DNA of 64,000 nucleotides from Octopus vulgaris (GCA_951406725.2 OX597815.1:118358001-118422000); one strand, 5' to 3'; numbered from the stretch's first letter, positions 1-13,685 are shown. The notes: generated by a model not told the origin, from the sequence alone. Program-made: numbers and translations.

Positions 1-332
1 TCAGACTCCTAACATAACTTCCTACATACGCAAGGTATAAACAGTCAGACAGACAGCTAGCTAGCTAGATAGATAGATAGATGGTACTCCGTCGGTTACG
101 ACGACGAGGGTTCCAGTTGATCCGTGAAATTAACGCGCAAGTGGCCGAACACTCCACAGATTCAGCGTGGCACAAGATATGATAAGGCTGGCCCTTTGAA
201 ATACAGGTACTAATCATTTTTGCCAAGTGAGTGAACTGGAGCAACGTGAAATAAAGTGTCTTGCTCAAGGACACAACACGTCACCAGGACTTGAACTCAC
301 GACCTTAAGACCGTAAGCCACGTCCCTTCAAG

Positions 333-333
<1 letters not shown>

Positions 334-396
<63 letters not shown>

Positions 397-401
397 CATA
401 T

Positions 402-469
<68 letters not shown>
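334..469. repeat. (TA)n/(TG)n microsatellite, representative of dozens of TA, CA, TACA, GA, GATA and ATT tracts
   Basis: Direct reading. Other large tracts: 1971-2092, 2667-2800, 3274-3438, 3626-3835, 10507-10605, 11001-11220, 13645-13936, 52416-52520, 55861-56078, 58168-58445. Confidence 0.98.
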
Positions 470-1265
470 CCTTCCTACAGGGAAGATGAAATTTTTTGTT
501 TGCCGCCCGCAAACAGCTTTGCCAGTATATACACAGTGAAGCTTTACTATAGCGTCGTATATTAGCAACTACTATTTCCAGTAAATATTGGTGCATTGTT
601 GTACCACTATTCAATCATCATCATCATGAGCAGCAGCAGCAGTAGCATTTAGCGTCCGTTGCTCCATGCTAGCATAGGTGGGACCGTACCACAAGAGCCG
701 GCCAGGTCGAAGCTTGCACCAGACTTCTGTGGCTGTTTTAGCAGCTGGATGCTCTTCCTAATACCAACCACTAGACTTAGTGCTTTTTATGCGGCACAAG
801 CACAGACGAGGTCAGTTTTGGCAAGGTTTTTACAGCCGGATGCCCTTCCGAACACCAACCGCTTTTCAGTGTGGACAGGGTGCTTTTAAGTGGCACTTGT
901 ACTGACAGGGTCACCAAGTACTTGCAAGACAGAAAATTTTAAGTTGGGAGGAGGCATTGGAAGAGGTGATGATGAAAAGGTTATAGTGAGACAGATATAG
1001 GTGTCTTGTTGAAGAGGAAATACAAGGTTACTCGGCTGGAGAAGAAAGATTAGGGATGAAGACAGAAACAGGTGTGCTACCGCAAAGAAAATACACGCTT
1101 GCCCAACCTGTGGGAAGTGCAGGAGAAGGGGAGAGGGAGAGGCGGGGAGACCGCAGGATGGAGATGGTGGCAAAGTGCCGGGCATGCTCACAAGGAACGG
1201 GGATCAGAGTATATTTATATACACACACACACGCACATATGCACACACACACACACACACACACA

Positions 1266-1970
1266 TTAGGTTGTTTCACATGAAATGTCGACTGGAAAAA
1301 GGCCATTTTTGCATTAAATCATAACTTGTGATGAGAAATTGATACTCTTTGACAACAGCAGGAGAATAGAACAGTGATTAGATGCAGGAGAGCCACCTAA
1401 ACACTACCCAATTCCACCATTGCACCCTAAAAAGTTAGTGGTCACTGTATGGTAGTCTGCGAAAGGAGTTATTCATTATTCATTTTTGCAACAAGGAAAA
1501 ACGGTAACAGCAACATCGTATTGTTAAGATTGTATGCATGAGAATTTGAAAAAGAAGCAATCCCAGACTAGTGAATAGAGATGGCTCAATTTTGCTCCAC
1601 GATAATGCACATCTTCACACTCCACAAGCTACGGTCCAAAAGCCGCAAAGCCTGAATTATGAGATTTTGCAACAGCCTCCCTATTCCCCTGATATCTCTT
1701 TTACTGATCATTACTTATTTAAGCATTTTGAGCTTTTCATAAGCAATAAAACATTCTTAAATAGAGAAGAGGTAATTGAAGCATTCGGATAGTTTATCCC
1801 AGCAAAAGATGATTCTTTTGCTTTTAGAAGGAATATATGACAGAGGAACGTTGGATAAACAACATAACTGAACATGGAACATACTTTGATTAAATAAATC
1901 TGTTCTCTAACACTTCTGAAACATTTCATTATTACCTTTCAAATACGACATTTCATGTGAAACAACCTAA
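1266..1970 (+). mobile_element. Internally deleted mariner transposon
   Basis: Perfect 25-bp TIRs ttaggttgtttcacatgaaatgtcg (1266-1290 / 1946-1970), TA on the right flank. Decayed transposase motifs TCDEK, LHPKK, LLHDNA, PPYSPD...DHYLF with stops. Confidence 0.93.
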
Positions 1971-2502
1971 TATATACACGTATACATACATACATACATA
2001 CATACATACATACATACATACATACATACATACATACATACATACATACATACATGCATGCATGCATACATACATACATGCATACATACATACTTCTTCT
2101 ACTTGATGAGTATAAGTTATCATTGTTCTTTTATACCTACCCCAGACTGCTCGAAGCTTACAAACTTCCTACGCTTAGAGCTTACAATTACATATCGATA
2201 ATATATATATATATATATACAAGATAAGAAAATGGAGAAATACATCTAAATCAAATATCAATTACCAGATAATACTCAATCACATACTTTATTAAAACAC
2301 CATATAAGAGACTGTAGGGTTAAACATAAAAAAGCAGAACAAATCAGTGTACATAAAGGAATGTACATAAAACAGTGTACATAAAAGAGTAATGTTGTAT
2401 AATAAGTAGAATATATATAAAAAAGAGAATATAAATATAAGTAAATCTAAATATAGGTATAGATTACATCTTACAGCTGTTTCGGCCATATATATATATT
2501 AT

Positions 2503-2543
<41 letters not shown>

Positions 2544-2664
2544 AATAATTAAATACATATGTGTGTGTATGTATGTGCTTATACTTGTGTTTGTGTGTAG
2601 CGTGTTTCCCTCAACATCATTGTTGATTACTTTATCCTTATGTACTGATCAGACCATTACACTA

Positions 2665-2770
<106 letters not shown>

Positions 2771-3438
2771 TGTATGTATGTATGTATGCATGCATGTATA
2801 CGTTGGCTTCTTTCAGCTTGCATCAATCAATTCACTCAGAATGTTTTGTTCGGCCCGAGGCTATAGTAAAAAAATTGCCTAAGGTGCCTCGAAGTAGGTC
2901 TAAATTTGAAACCATGTAGTTGGAAAGCAAACTTCTTATCAAACACCTACACTACGCCGATAACAAAAACAAAACTTTATTTTAAAATCTTCACACGAAA
3001 ATTAAAAATAATCTCAAAGTTTGACACCCTGAGAACAGATGCCTTATAAATAATGTAATATGCAAATTCAGAACTATCACTTGCATCTTCTTTTATATAC
3101 ACAGGTGCAAGTGTGGTTGTGAGTTTAACAAACTCGCTTCACCAGCAATCACGTAATTTCGGGTTCAGTCCCATTGCAAAGCATTTTGGCCAAATTTATT
3201 TTATTACAGTCTTGGGCTAAACAGTGTTTTTGAGTGAATTTAATTGACGGAAACTGTATGGAAATCCGTCGAGTACATACATATACATATACATACATGC
3301 ATACATACATACATACATACATACATACATACATACATACATACATACATACATACATACATACATACATACACACACACATATATATATATACATACAT
3401 ATATATACACACACTATATATATATATATATATATATT

Positions 3439-3543
3439 TATCAAACTAAAATTATTGAACAAACAAATGCAAGGTCATCCGCATATCATGAAATGATATG
3501 CGGATGACCTTGCATTTGTTTGTTCAATAATTTTAGTTTGATA
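3439..3543. repeat. Perfect 51-bp-arm palindrome with GAA loop
   Basis: 3439-3489 is the exact reverse complement of 3493-3543. Confidence 0.95.
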
Positions 3544-3624
3544 TTTTTGTCTCTTTCAATAGAGCACTTCTATAGCAGTCCTATTAATCTTTTTGTTCCT
3601 GACAAGAAACAATCACTGTATTAT

Positions 3625-3672
<48 letters not shown>

Positions 3673-4809
3673 CGTAAACACACACATACATATATATATG
3701 TGTGTATGTATGTATATACATGCATATATACATACATATATGTGTGTGTATACATACATACATACAAACACACATACATACATACATACATACATACATA
3801 CATACATACGTACATACATACATATATACATATGTAAGTGACACTATTTTTGTGTTTGACCATCACTACCACTTGACAACTGTGTTGGTTTGTTTACGTC
3901 TCTTGTAAGTGAGCAATTCGGCAAAAAAGAAAAATGAAAACGATACAGAAATTGCCAAACTTAAAACTATGCACTGGACTTGATTTGTTCGACTCAACAC
4001 TTCAAGCAGTGCTCCAACGTGGCCACAGACCAATAACTGAGACAAATATGAGAGTAAAAGCATTTGACGAAAGAAAAAAAAATGTTGGGCAGTGATTAAT
4101 ATTAACGAGATTTTCTGCAATTAATCTTGTTGAAATTTAAAGAAAACTTATTGAACATGTGAATGATTCAATCTTCGTAAGCTTATGTCGTGCCCAGGAC
4201 TCGTTCAATGTTTGTTTTCATAGTAGAGAATGAACCTTTTTTCTTTCTTTATTTTCTTTGCGTAATTGGATTAATTAGATTTGTGTAGGTGTTCAGTTCA
4301 GATAAATACACAGTATCTTGTAATGCTATTTGACACTTGCTTAATTAAGGTTTTTAACGGATTACTTTCATAGTTTGATAGTAATAAAGTGTTAGTTTGG
4401 TCACTACATACACATTCCGATATTTAATATATCTCTGAAACAATAATTACATATAATACAGGGTCACATTTAAACAATGTAGCGGGTTGAAAAATCTTCG
4501 ATCAGCTGGGGTTATCCAAGCAATCAGTAGACAAAAACTCCCACTAAAACTGATTAAAATCTAAAAAATGATAACCAAGAGAGAAAGAGATAATTCCAAT
4601 ACGATGGAATTTTTGGAACTATATGGACAATAGAAACTGAAATGAGTTTTAGTAGAGGCATTTTCCTTGTCTTTGTTACCCTACCATGTGACCTTCGGGC
4701 CAGTTCCACTGCGTGGCACCTTTAGCAAGTGTTTTCTAGTATAGCTTCAGACAGAACAAAGCATCGTGAGTAGATTTGGTAAATAGAAACTGAAAGAAAC
4801 TCGCCGTGT

Positions 4810-4872
<63 letters not shown>

Positions 4873-5275
4873 TGTGCGTGTGGGTGTGTGTGCGTGCATG
4901 CGTATGCGTTGTGTGTTTCTTTTTGTCCTCCATCATCGCTTGACAACTTAACAGTTCTGCAAAAGAGACCATTGGAATAAGTACCAGGATCAAGAATAAG
5001 TACTGAGTTCTATTTGTTCGACTAAAACCCTAAGGGCAGTGCTCCAGCATGACCGCAGTCTTATGACTGAAACGAGTAAATGATAAAAGATACAAGATCC
5101 GAGAGCAGGATTTTGTCTACTAATTGCTCAGATAAATCAGTTGACTAAATTTTTCACCTAGCTATATATTATATATATGAGACCCTGTTACCTTCGTATT
5201 TATTATGTAGAATGCTCTCCTACCTGAGGCACGTTCTCTCAACCAAACTGTTAATGCCAATAAAGTACAGCTATG

Positions 5276-5678
5276 GGCGGCGAACTGGCAGAATCGTTAG
5301 CACGAGGGGCGAAATGCTTAGCGGTATTTCGTCTGTCGTTACGTTCTGAGTTCAAATTCCGCCGAGGTCGACTTTGCCTTTCACCTTTCGGGGTCGATTA
5401 AATAAGTACCAGTTACGCACTGAGGTCGGTATAATCGGCTTAATCCGTTTGTCTGTCCTTGTTTGTCCTCTCTGTGTTTAGCTCCTTGTGGGTAGTAAAG
5501 AAATAGGTATTTCGTTCTGAGTTCAAATTCCGCCGAGGTCGACTTTGCCTTTCATTCTTTCGGGGGTCAATTAAATAAGTACTAGTTACGTACTGGGGTA
5601 GATGTAATCGGCTTAATCCCTATGTCTGTCCTTGTTTGCACCCTCTATGTTTGGTTTCCTATAGGCAATATAGAAATA
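5276..5678 (+). mobile_element. tRNA-derived SINE family A, internally duplicated, with 17-bp TSD
   Basis: Head ggcggcgaactggcagaatcgttagc, B-box gagttcaaattcc, core gcctttca.ctttcggggtcgat..aagtaccag. TSD aataaagtacagctatg at 5259-5275 and 5679-5695. Confidence 0.9.
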
Positions 5679-6820
5679 AATAAAGTACAGCTATGCTTCT
5701 GGTAATATATATATAACTTGTCTTCATTTCAATAACACAATTCCTAATCTTCATGATTCACAACACCTTCTTGACTATCTTAATAACTGTATGCATTTTC
5801 CATAGACGTTTAACATATTTCTCATTTACTTAATAATGAAGTACTTATTGCGTTGTTAGTAATGTGACAGGATGAGATGTGAAAGGATAATGCTGATCAT
5901 GAGATTTCTAGCATATTAAGCTTTCTAAACAATGTCTTTCTTCTCCTTGCAATTTCAATAAAGTGTCTTGCGAGCAGTATTTACATATCGACAGTATTAG
6001 GCTTTGTGTCTTTTGTTCAAACTGTTACCTACGCACATTCTGCCCCGAAGTGATAAGCCATTATATTATATATATATATATGCTTCTCACACTTTATTTC
6101 ATACATTCCATTTTATTGAGTCAACCTATGTATTTAAATACAATCATTAACTAATCACTTTTATGAGGTACGTTGGCAGTACTTCATCTCTATCTTATTC
6201 AACAAGTGTTATTTATAAAAAAGGAATGGTTCACACAGTCGCCTCCTTCGAAGCACGCCCTTACTCCATCGACATTTGCTGAGTTAATAAATAGCAGCCT
6301 TTTCAAAAGCTAGTATTTATGACATTATGGAGCAGATTTTGCCGTCGTAGTCATCGCTGTCGTTGTCCTTGGTTAACCCTGTCTGAGTTGATCTATGATC
6401 AAGAGCATTTCACTCGCGACTACCCTGTTCTTCTCTTAGATACCACTTATTATCTAATGTATTACTTCCTTCTCAACAGAGCAAAGTTCAATATGAGAGA
6501 GATTTCGTAAGAATTTTCGCAGGTCGAGCGACCGAGTAGGGGTTCCATCATACGATTTGAAGACAAATGTTGATTGATTCAGTATTCGGTTTCTGATTTT
6601 AAATGGTCGCGGGATGACAAAGTAATCCAGTCGTCAACCTCGTTATGGTCATCGTCGCCGCCACCACCGTTTGTTTTGTAGTTGGATGTTGATTGATTTA
6701 GTGCCCACTTCTTTTCCTTTTTCCATACGAATGACAGCAGAATGACTAAATTGATTCACACACACACACACACAGATGCTTGTGTGTGTGTGTGTGTACA
6801 TGCATTTATATATATATATA

Positions 6821-7232
6821 GGATATTTTCGGTTTGAACGGCAGTTTTTAACAATTTCTAGGTAACTAATAATTTTAAACTTCGTATACTGGTAGAATGT
6901 GTTAATAAAACATCTTTTTCTCTTGGTTTTATTGAGAAAATTCTATAGTTTGTAAGATATTTGTTGTTTTTTTTCTTCAATTTCGACAATTTCAACCAAT
7001 CACTGACGTCTGTTGAGGTAAACAACATTCGGTGCCGTATGAATATGTCCCTCGTTTAAGAAACAGATTGGGTTTATTTACATTTGTGAAGAAAAAAAAG
7101 ATACCCTTCCCCCACCCTTAACCCTAACCCTAAAATAGATTGAAATGCAATAGATCGATACTAGGGTCATAATTATGGGTGACAATTTCATATGACACCG
7201 CTAGAAAAAACTGCCGTTCAAACCGAAAAGCT

Positions 7233-7234
<2 letters not shown>
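6821..7234. mobile_element. MITE with ~29-bp TIRs inserted in (TA)n, carrying internal CCCTAA repeats
   Basis: Left ggatattttcggtttgaacggcagttttt versus right-end reverse complement ggagcttttcggtttgaacggcagttttt (2 mismatches). TA runs on both sides. Confidence 0.85.
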
Positions 7235-7285
<51 letters not shown>

Positions 7286-7287
7286 AA

Positions 7288-7508
7288 AATATAAAATGGG
7301 ACAAGAACGCAAAACATCCAGACAGTTAAGTGATACAAAAAAGGGGACCAGCCGAAATTGCAAAGATAATCTGGAACTCGACTGAGGAAAGAAAACTCCG
7401 AATGACCCGTCCTTGTTTTATTTGTATCGTCTATCTGGATGTTTTGCTGTCCCCTTTTTTGTATCACCTAACTGCCTGGATGTTTTCGGTTCTTGTCCCA
7501 TTTTGTAT

Positions 7509-7512
<4 letters not shown>
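7288..7512. mobile_element. Short inverted-repeat element (~61-bp arms) between (TA)n and (CA)n
   Basis: Arms 7288-7348 and 7449-7509 with about 5 mismatches. The spacer contains a degenerate CTGAGGA...ctccGAA. Confidence 0.75.
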
Positions 7513-7567
<55 letters not shown>

Positions 7568-8924
7568 TTACCACCATTCATTGGGATTTTTTTGTTAAAC
7601 ACCGAAGAGGTGCATTAACAAGATTATAAAATGTTTTAAAAAACAATTATGTAATCCTGGCTGTCAGTTACAGAAATTAATGTACGCTATATAAAGCATA
7701 AACTAAAATATATGCTTTCTGAATCTTATTAATACTATAACGTTGCTCGTAATTCTGCACACTAACGTAGCCTATGGTTTGATGGCCCGCATTGTACCGT
7801 ATTGGAAATAGTAATGGAGTGTGGGACCTTCTACTGAGCTCGAACTTTGGCTGTGTCGCACTTCATAACTGATATATTTACAAATTCCCCCCCCACACAC
7901 ACACACACATGGAGTCTATGCGAGTGCCTTTATGTTATCACCGTTCCACATCCGGTGTTGGTTTGTTTTCGTCCACCTAAACAAATACTTCGGTAAAAGT
8001 GACCGATAGAAGTGGTACCAAACTCGTGAACTAAAATAGATGCATAAATAAATAAAATGTACTGGCGAATTCGTTTTGAGCGAGTAAACGGCTCAAGGCA
8101 ATATACCAACATGGCTGCGGCCCAATAACTTTAAACTAATGAAAGAATTTAAGAATCTATATGAAATAAAGACAATAGATTTTTTAAATCAGGCCATCCA
8201 GCCTGATAGATTTAATCTATGATTAATAGCCACGGCCAAATTTCACTTTCTGTTATCGCTATCATGATAGACTTTACTCTGTTTTTCACCTGTTGTATGC
8301 CACGGGACACACGCTCGCACACACGCGCACGCACACACACATACATACATGTGTGTTTTGTGTGTGCGTGTGTGTGTGACGCACGTTGCTTCACGATTCG
8401 TTGGCGTGACAGTTTTATCTTTCTCAACAAACATTGTTGTACACAGCATTCTGCGACCTTCTGTAACTCTATATGCGGTTACTTATCAAACAAACTCCGC
8501 GGGATTGGTGGATCTCTATCGTGCGAAGATGAGAATTCGGTTGTTCGGCCAAATCGAATTACCTGTTCTTGTATTAACGAGCAAGAGGTTATGCGTTCTA
8601 CAGACACGTGTACCCTTAACGTGATTTGTAATCAAAATCAGTCTGACTACATGTAAGAAGACTGTAGTGGCCGGTTGAAGAAACAATCCATCCAGTGGGC
8701 TTCTATGCAGTTTCCGTTCACCCATTTTCATTCACAAGGTATGGGGCGACCGAGACTATGGAAAATGACATCTGGTCAAATGCTACAAAGTGGGATCGAA
8801 CACGTCCCTTATCGGCTGCAAAGCGAACTTCTTAACCCACCTCCACACCCATTGTATCAAGATTTGTAAAATAATTCAAGATCGAAATGTATGTACGCAT
8901 GCATTTATATATGTTTGTGTCTGT

Positions 8925-8983
8925 GGCTGGCTGGGTGGCTGGCTGGCTGGGTGGCTGGATGACTGGTTGGCTGGTTGGCTGGT

Positions 8984-9026
<43 letters not shown>

Positions 9027-9092
9027 ATGGATGGATGGATGGATGGATGGATGGGTGGATGGATGGATGGATGGATGGATGGATGGATGGAT
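8925..9092. repeat. Compound (GGCT)n-(GGAT)n microsatellite
   Basis: Direct reading. Confidence 0.95.
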
Positions 9093-10319
9093 GACCCGCT
9101 TACTCTTAATGCTACTGGTAAAATGTTATCCAGTACAACCTGTCGCTTAGCGAAATCCTCGGTGACTAAACCTATAACGTTACTAAGCCTGCTTAGTAAA
9201 GAGAGTGACTTTCATTGGACACCCAATAGGATGAAAAGCAAAATCTAACCAAGAATGGATGAACAAAGTAGAGTCAATAGCCATCCAACAGCTGAGAGTG
9301 GAGAGCCTTAGTCACCATTTAGACAGCTCTTTCGGAAAAGGAAATTCCGAAATAGCACCCACTTCATTGCAAAGCCGTAGATATTGCTCTTCCTTGCTTC
9401 TGAACTACTTAACTCTGTCGGTGAGAGTTTTAGCGGCGTTGCGCATGATGTTATTGACGTCAAATTTCAGCGCATCGTTGGCAGCCGTTCTCTTTGACAT
9501 CTAAAGTAAAATCATTTATCAGATGATCATACTCCTCTACGAGTTGACAGCCACCATGTATGTAAGTATGATTGTCTGCACGTATGCATGTTTGGATGTA
9601 TGCATGGATGCATACATGTTTGTATATACGTTCTGGGTATGGCTTTCAACGGCATCCGGTAGTGGGACTCTGATTTAGGAGTTCCAGGGTTTCGAGGAGT
9701 GTGGAACCATCTCTTAGTCACAGTTGTTCCCAAGTCTACTCTGAGCCGGAGTAGTAGCATCTATCAGGGTCTCAACTATTGATTAACCAGCATATGAACG
9801 ACGGGATGTACAAAATACACTGGTTGGTATCAGAGGACGCAGTAAGCCCGCTGGGAGTGAGGGATCCCTGGTCTGTGTTAAGGCATCCTTCTAGAAGAAG
9901 ACTGACTCCGACATAAAACCCGTAGCCCTACTGAGCCAGACATCTTGCACTTCACTTGTCTCTAGCTTCTTGGCATTGCCAGTGAGAGTCGTTGTGGTAC
10001 TACGCAAGCCGTGCCCGACTTAAAACTCTTGCACGGGCATAGCTGACACTGAACTGTCAGCAATGGTCATGCTCATCTAACGAGCAGACGGCCGTAATTA
10101 TATACGTATGTATGTATGTTCACCAGTGCATCATTAGGCCATGCGCTTCATACATATCATATGCCAGTGCATCATATATGTTGTGGTTTTAGAAAATTTT
10201 CTGTTTTAAACAAACTGCAAGGAACACATCCGAAAATAATGGGGAAAAAGCCGTCATGAGAAAGTTAAAAGCAGAATAAAGTCGCATTTTTATGCATCTG
10301 TATGTGTACTTGTACATTT

Positions 10320-10374
<55 letters not shown>

Positions 10375-10558
10375 TGCATACATACATATACATATGTGTA
10401 TTCAGTTTCTTTCAATATTTCTTGCCAATAAAGAACCGGTTTCTAACCTAGATCCAAGGCTTCTTCATTGGAATTTCAACATTAACAACGGGGTAGTTTT
10501 GTTTCTATGTATGTATGTATGTATGTATGTATGTATGTATGTATGTATGTATGTGTGT

Positions 10559-10604
<46 letters not shown>

Positions 10605-11182
10605 CTGTATAGGCGTAGGAGTATCAGTGCTTTGGTGGTTTGTTTCTGTCCCTCTAACTTAACGGTTCGGCCAAAGTATCAGACGTTAAAAAATAAGCAC
10701 TAGTGTTAATTTGTCCGACTAAACTCTAGATGACGTTGCTCCAGCATGGCCGCAGTCTAGTGACTAAAACAGTCAAATAAATAACTGAAATGTTTATTTG
10801 AGATACATAAACATGCATCAAATATGCTGGCATTTTAGCTATAACAAAAGATGAATGACCTTAAAGAGAAAACGACTACGAACGTCAACAATTATGTCAT
10901 GTGTCAAAGCAAAAAATACCTGACTATGCGACAATAACCACTTCAAAGCATTTCTGAAGTAGATATGACCATACTACACAATTGTGTATATAGGTATATT
11001 CATACATACATACATACATACATACATACAAACATACATACATACATACAAACATACAAACATACATACATACATACATACAAACATACAAACATACATA
11101 CATACATACAAACATTCAAACATACATACATACATACAAACATACAAACATACAAACATACATACATACATACATACATACA

Positions 11183-11214
<32 letters not shown>

Positions 11215-11372
11215 CATACATGTGTGGGTATGTAGATGCGTGTGTGTTTATAGACGCACACACGCGCGCGCACATTATGTGAATATACGTTTATGTAGAC
11301 ATTGAACATACTGATAGCAATATTCCAGTTAGTGTAACTCATTTAACCTATGTATGTACAATAATGCATATA

Positions 11373-11408
<36 letters not shown>

Positions 11409-11631
11409 AATATATATGTATACATATACATATACCAACACACACACACACTCACACACATTCACATGTATATAATAAAAATAATGGACACGAAAGATAG
11501 AGTATACTGGAAGCTTTGTTTATAACAGCGATTTTTCCGACACACCCTGAACCGCTCTCTCCTTGGTGGGAAACTATACAGTGAATTACAGTACACCCCA
11601 CGCACAAAGTCATAGGATACTGTCGCACAGT

Positions 11632-13370
11632 TCTTGAGGCAGTAGAGTCTCAGTTCTTTTAGCCTCTCCCAGTAGCTCATTTGTTTCAGCGAGTCAATCT
11701 TCTTTGTGTAGTGGCGCTGGATTGCCTCCAAGTTCCACCACCAATTTGACACTCTACGGCGACCACAGTTGGAAGCAGTAACCCAGGCGACTGAAAACAA
11801 AAGTTCTCAATAGGAATAGCAAAGTATCCTTATTTCTGGTTCTGAATGATCTAAGAATCCATCAAGCTGCTCACCACACAACGTTGCCATCTTGGTAATA
11901 ATATGCACATGAAATGTTGCATCATTTACCCATGTTACGCACCGATTCTAACTCTGGGATTGCACTACCCTTGGTCCGGTGTATTCCAACTATAGTCCGT
12001 TTATGGGCCGATAGAAGAATGCTTGAAACTTCTCAGTATTGAACTGCCTAACATTTTTGCTAGCGCATTTGTATATTGCATGCAAGTCGTTTTGTAGTTT
12101 TAATGTGTCGTTGACCTTGTGATATGTTTGTACCATTAGCGTAGCTGGTGGGAGTGGTTGACTGTACAGCTGGGTGTATCTCTGAGAGAGCCACCACAAA
12201 CAGTAGTAGTTCCAGTATAGTTTCTTGAGAGACTCTGCTGCGGATTGATGTCTCCCCAGAGAGAGCACCATTGGCTGCGACTGTCTGACTTCTATCTTTA
12301 AAAAGTCATGCAGGCACCCTCTCAGTTTTCCTGCGATACCAAGGTCGTGTAGTTTTATGATCAGCTTTGTCAAAGGCCTTGACAGAGTCGAGATATATCA
12401 CATCTTGATATGAGTGATTGAGCTACTGTTTCACAACCGAGTTGTAATGTTGCAGTAGCTATGTGGTGTAGCTCTTCCCCGAGTAGAAACCATGTTGTGT
12501 GTTTGTGAATAAGTTATTCTCTTCCAGGAATCAGTCTCCATCTGACAGTGTGGTCCATGACTTTGCTAACTTGTGAAGTCAGACAGGTAGGCCTGTAAGT
12601 TTTAGCATCTGCTCCACTTCCTCTTTTGTGAACAAGGCATGTGATACTTTCTTTTTAACACTTTACGAAGTTTACCACATGCACGGAAACTCTGAAAAAG
12701 TATCTGCAGTGGTTTTGCGAGAGCTTTCTTGCATGTGTTTAGAACAGCTGGAAATCCATTTGGGCCCGTTGCTGAGTTGGAGTTCATCTCATCAATGACT
12801 TATATCACATCTTCCTCTTTTATGTCTATGTAATTGATGGTTGCCTCTTTCCCATCTAGGTCAGCAATGTTAAAAAACTCTTTAGGTTCACTTATTTGCA
12901 TGTTTCTCAGTGGAGAGGCAAAGATACTCTGGAATTGTTTATTTAGCACTTCAATTATCCTATTAAGGTTTGTAGTTAACGAGCCGTCTTCCTCTGACAG
13001 TGGTCCTATCTTGTAGTGCATTGAGGCAGATTATTTCGCAATAGAAGGCTTTTGAATTCATTTTTATGTTTCCACTGCCCCGTTTCTTTTCCTACCTTTT
13101 CCTTTTCATGAGAGAGTTTGAGTTTATTTTCAATCTCTAGAAGCGCCTATTTCAGGAGCGATTTTTCGCTGTCATTAGGTTATCTCCTTAAGAGATTGGA
13201 GATCTTTATTCCCCGTCTCATAAGGACTCTCCTCTCGCGGGGAATGATGTTTTTGTATGTAGTGACTCTCTTCTCTGGGATAAATTTAACGCATATGGCT
13301 CTCATTATTGACATGAATTATTTCTGTTTCATATTACTGAATAGTAGGGACTCCGTATTTCGTTACGCAG
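11632..13370 (-). mobile_element. Decayed CR1-like LINE ORF2 (reverse transcriptase) fragment
   Basis: Fragments SATGPNGFPAVL...KPLQILFQS, YRPTCLTSQVSKVMD, QHGF, DVIYLDSVKA, LQNDLHAIYK...QFNTEKFQ and LEAIQRHYTKKI...SYWERLKELRLY. Many frameshifts. Confidence 0.88.
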
Positions 13371-13388
13371 CCATAATGTACGACAAAG

Positions 13389-13453
13389 TATATTAAACGC
13401 TGTATAAGTCAATATTGTATTCCACAGTATTGACTTATAAAGCGTTTAATATA
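13389..13453. repeat. 30-bp-arm hairpin, 5-nt loop
   Basis: tatattaaacgctgtataagtcaatattgt / acagtattgacttataaagcgtttaatata, 2 mismatches. Confidence 0.9.
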
Positions 13454-13640
13454 GCAGGAGCAGCTTTTTTGGTTTTGTTTTTGTTTGTTGTTTGTTTTGT
13501 TTTTTAGATTTTCGTGTTCCTTCCTTTTTCGATTTGACCATCTCTATGAACCTGGGTATCTTCGTTCATGGTTGCTTTTTATTGCCTTCCTTATTGGGTT
13601 TTCCGCATGAAGTTTCAGTATTGGAACTGTTCTATGTGTC

Positions 13641-13685
<45 letters not shown>

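Noticed and set aside
297-614. ORFs rich in YI/HT/CV/MYVC repeats here and throughout the ORF track
   Set aside because: They are translations of (TA)n, (CA)n and (TACA)n microsatellites that lack stops by construction.
7116-7133. Interstitial telomere or chromosome fusion site
   Set aside because: Only three units, located inside a MITE.
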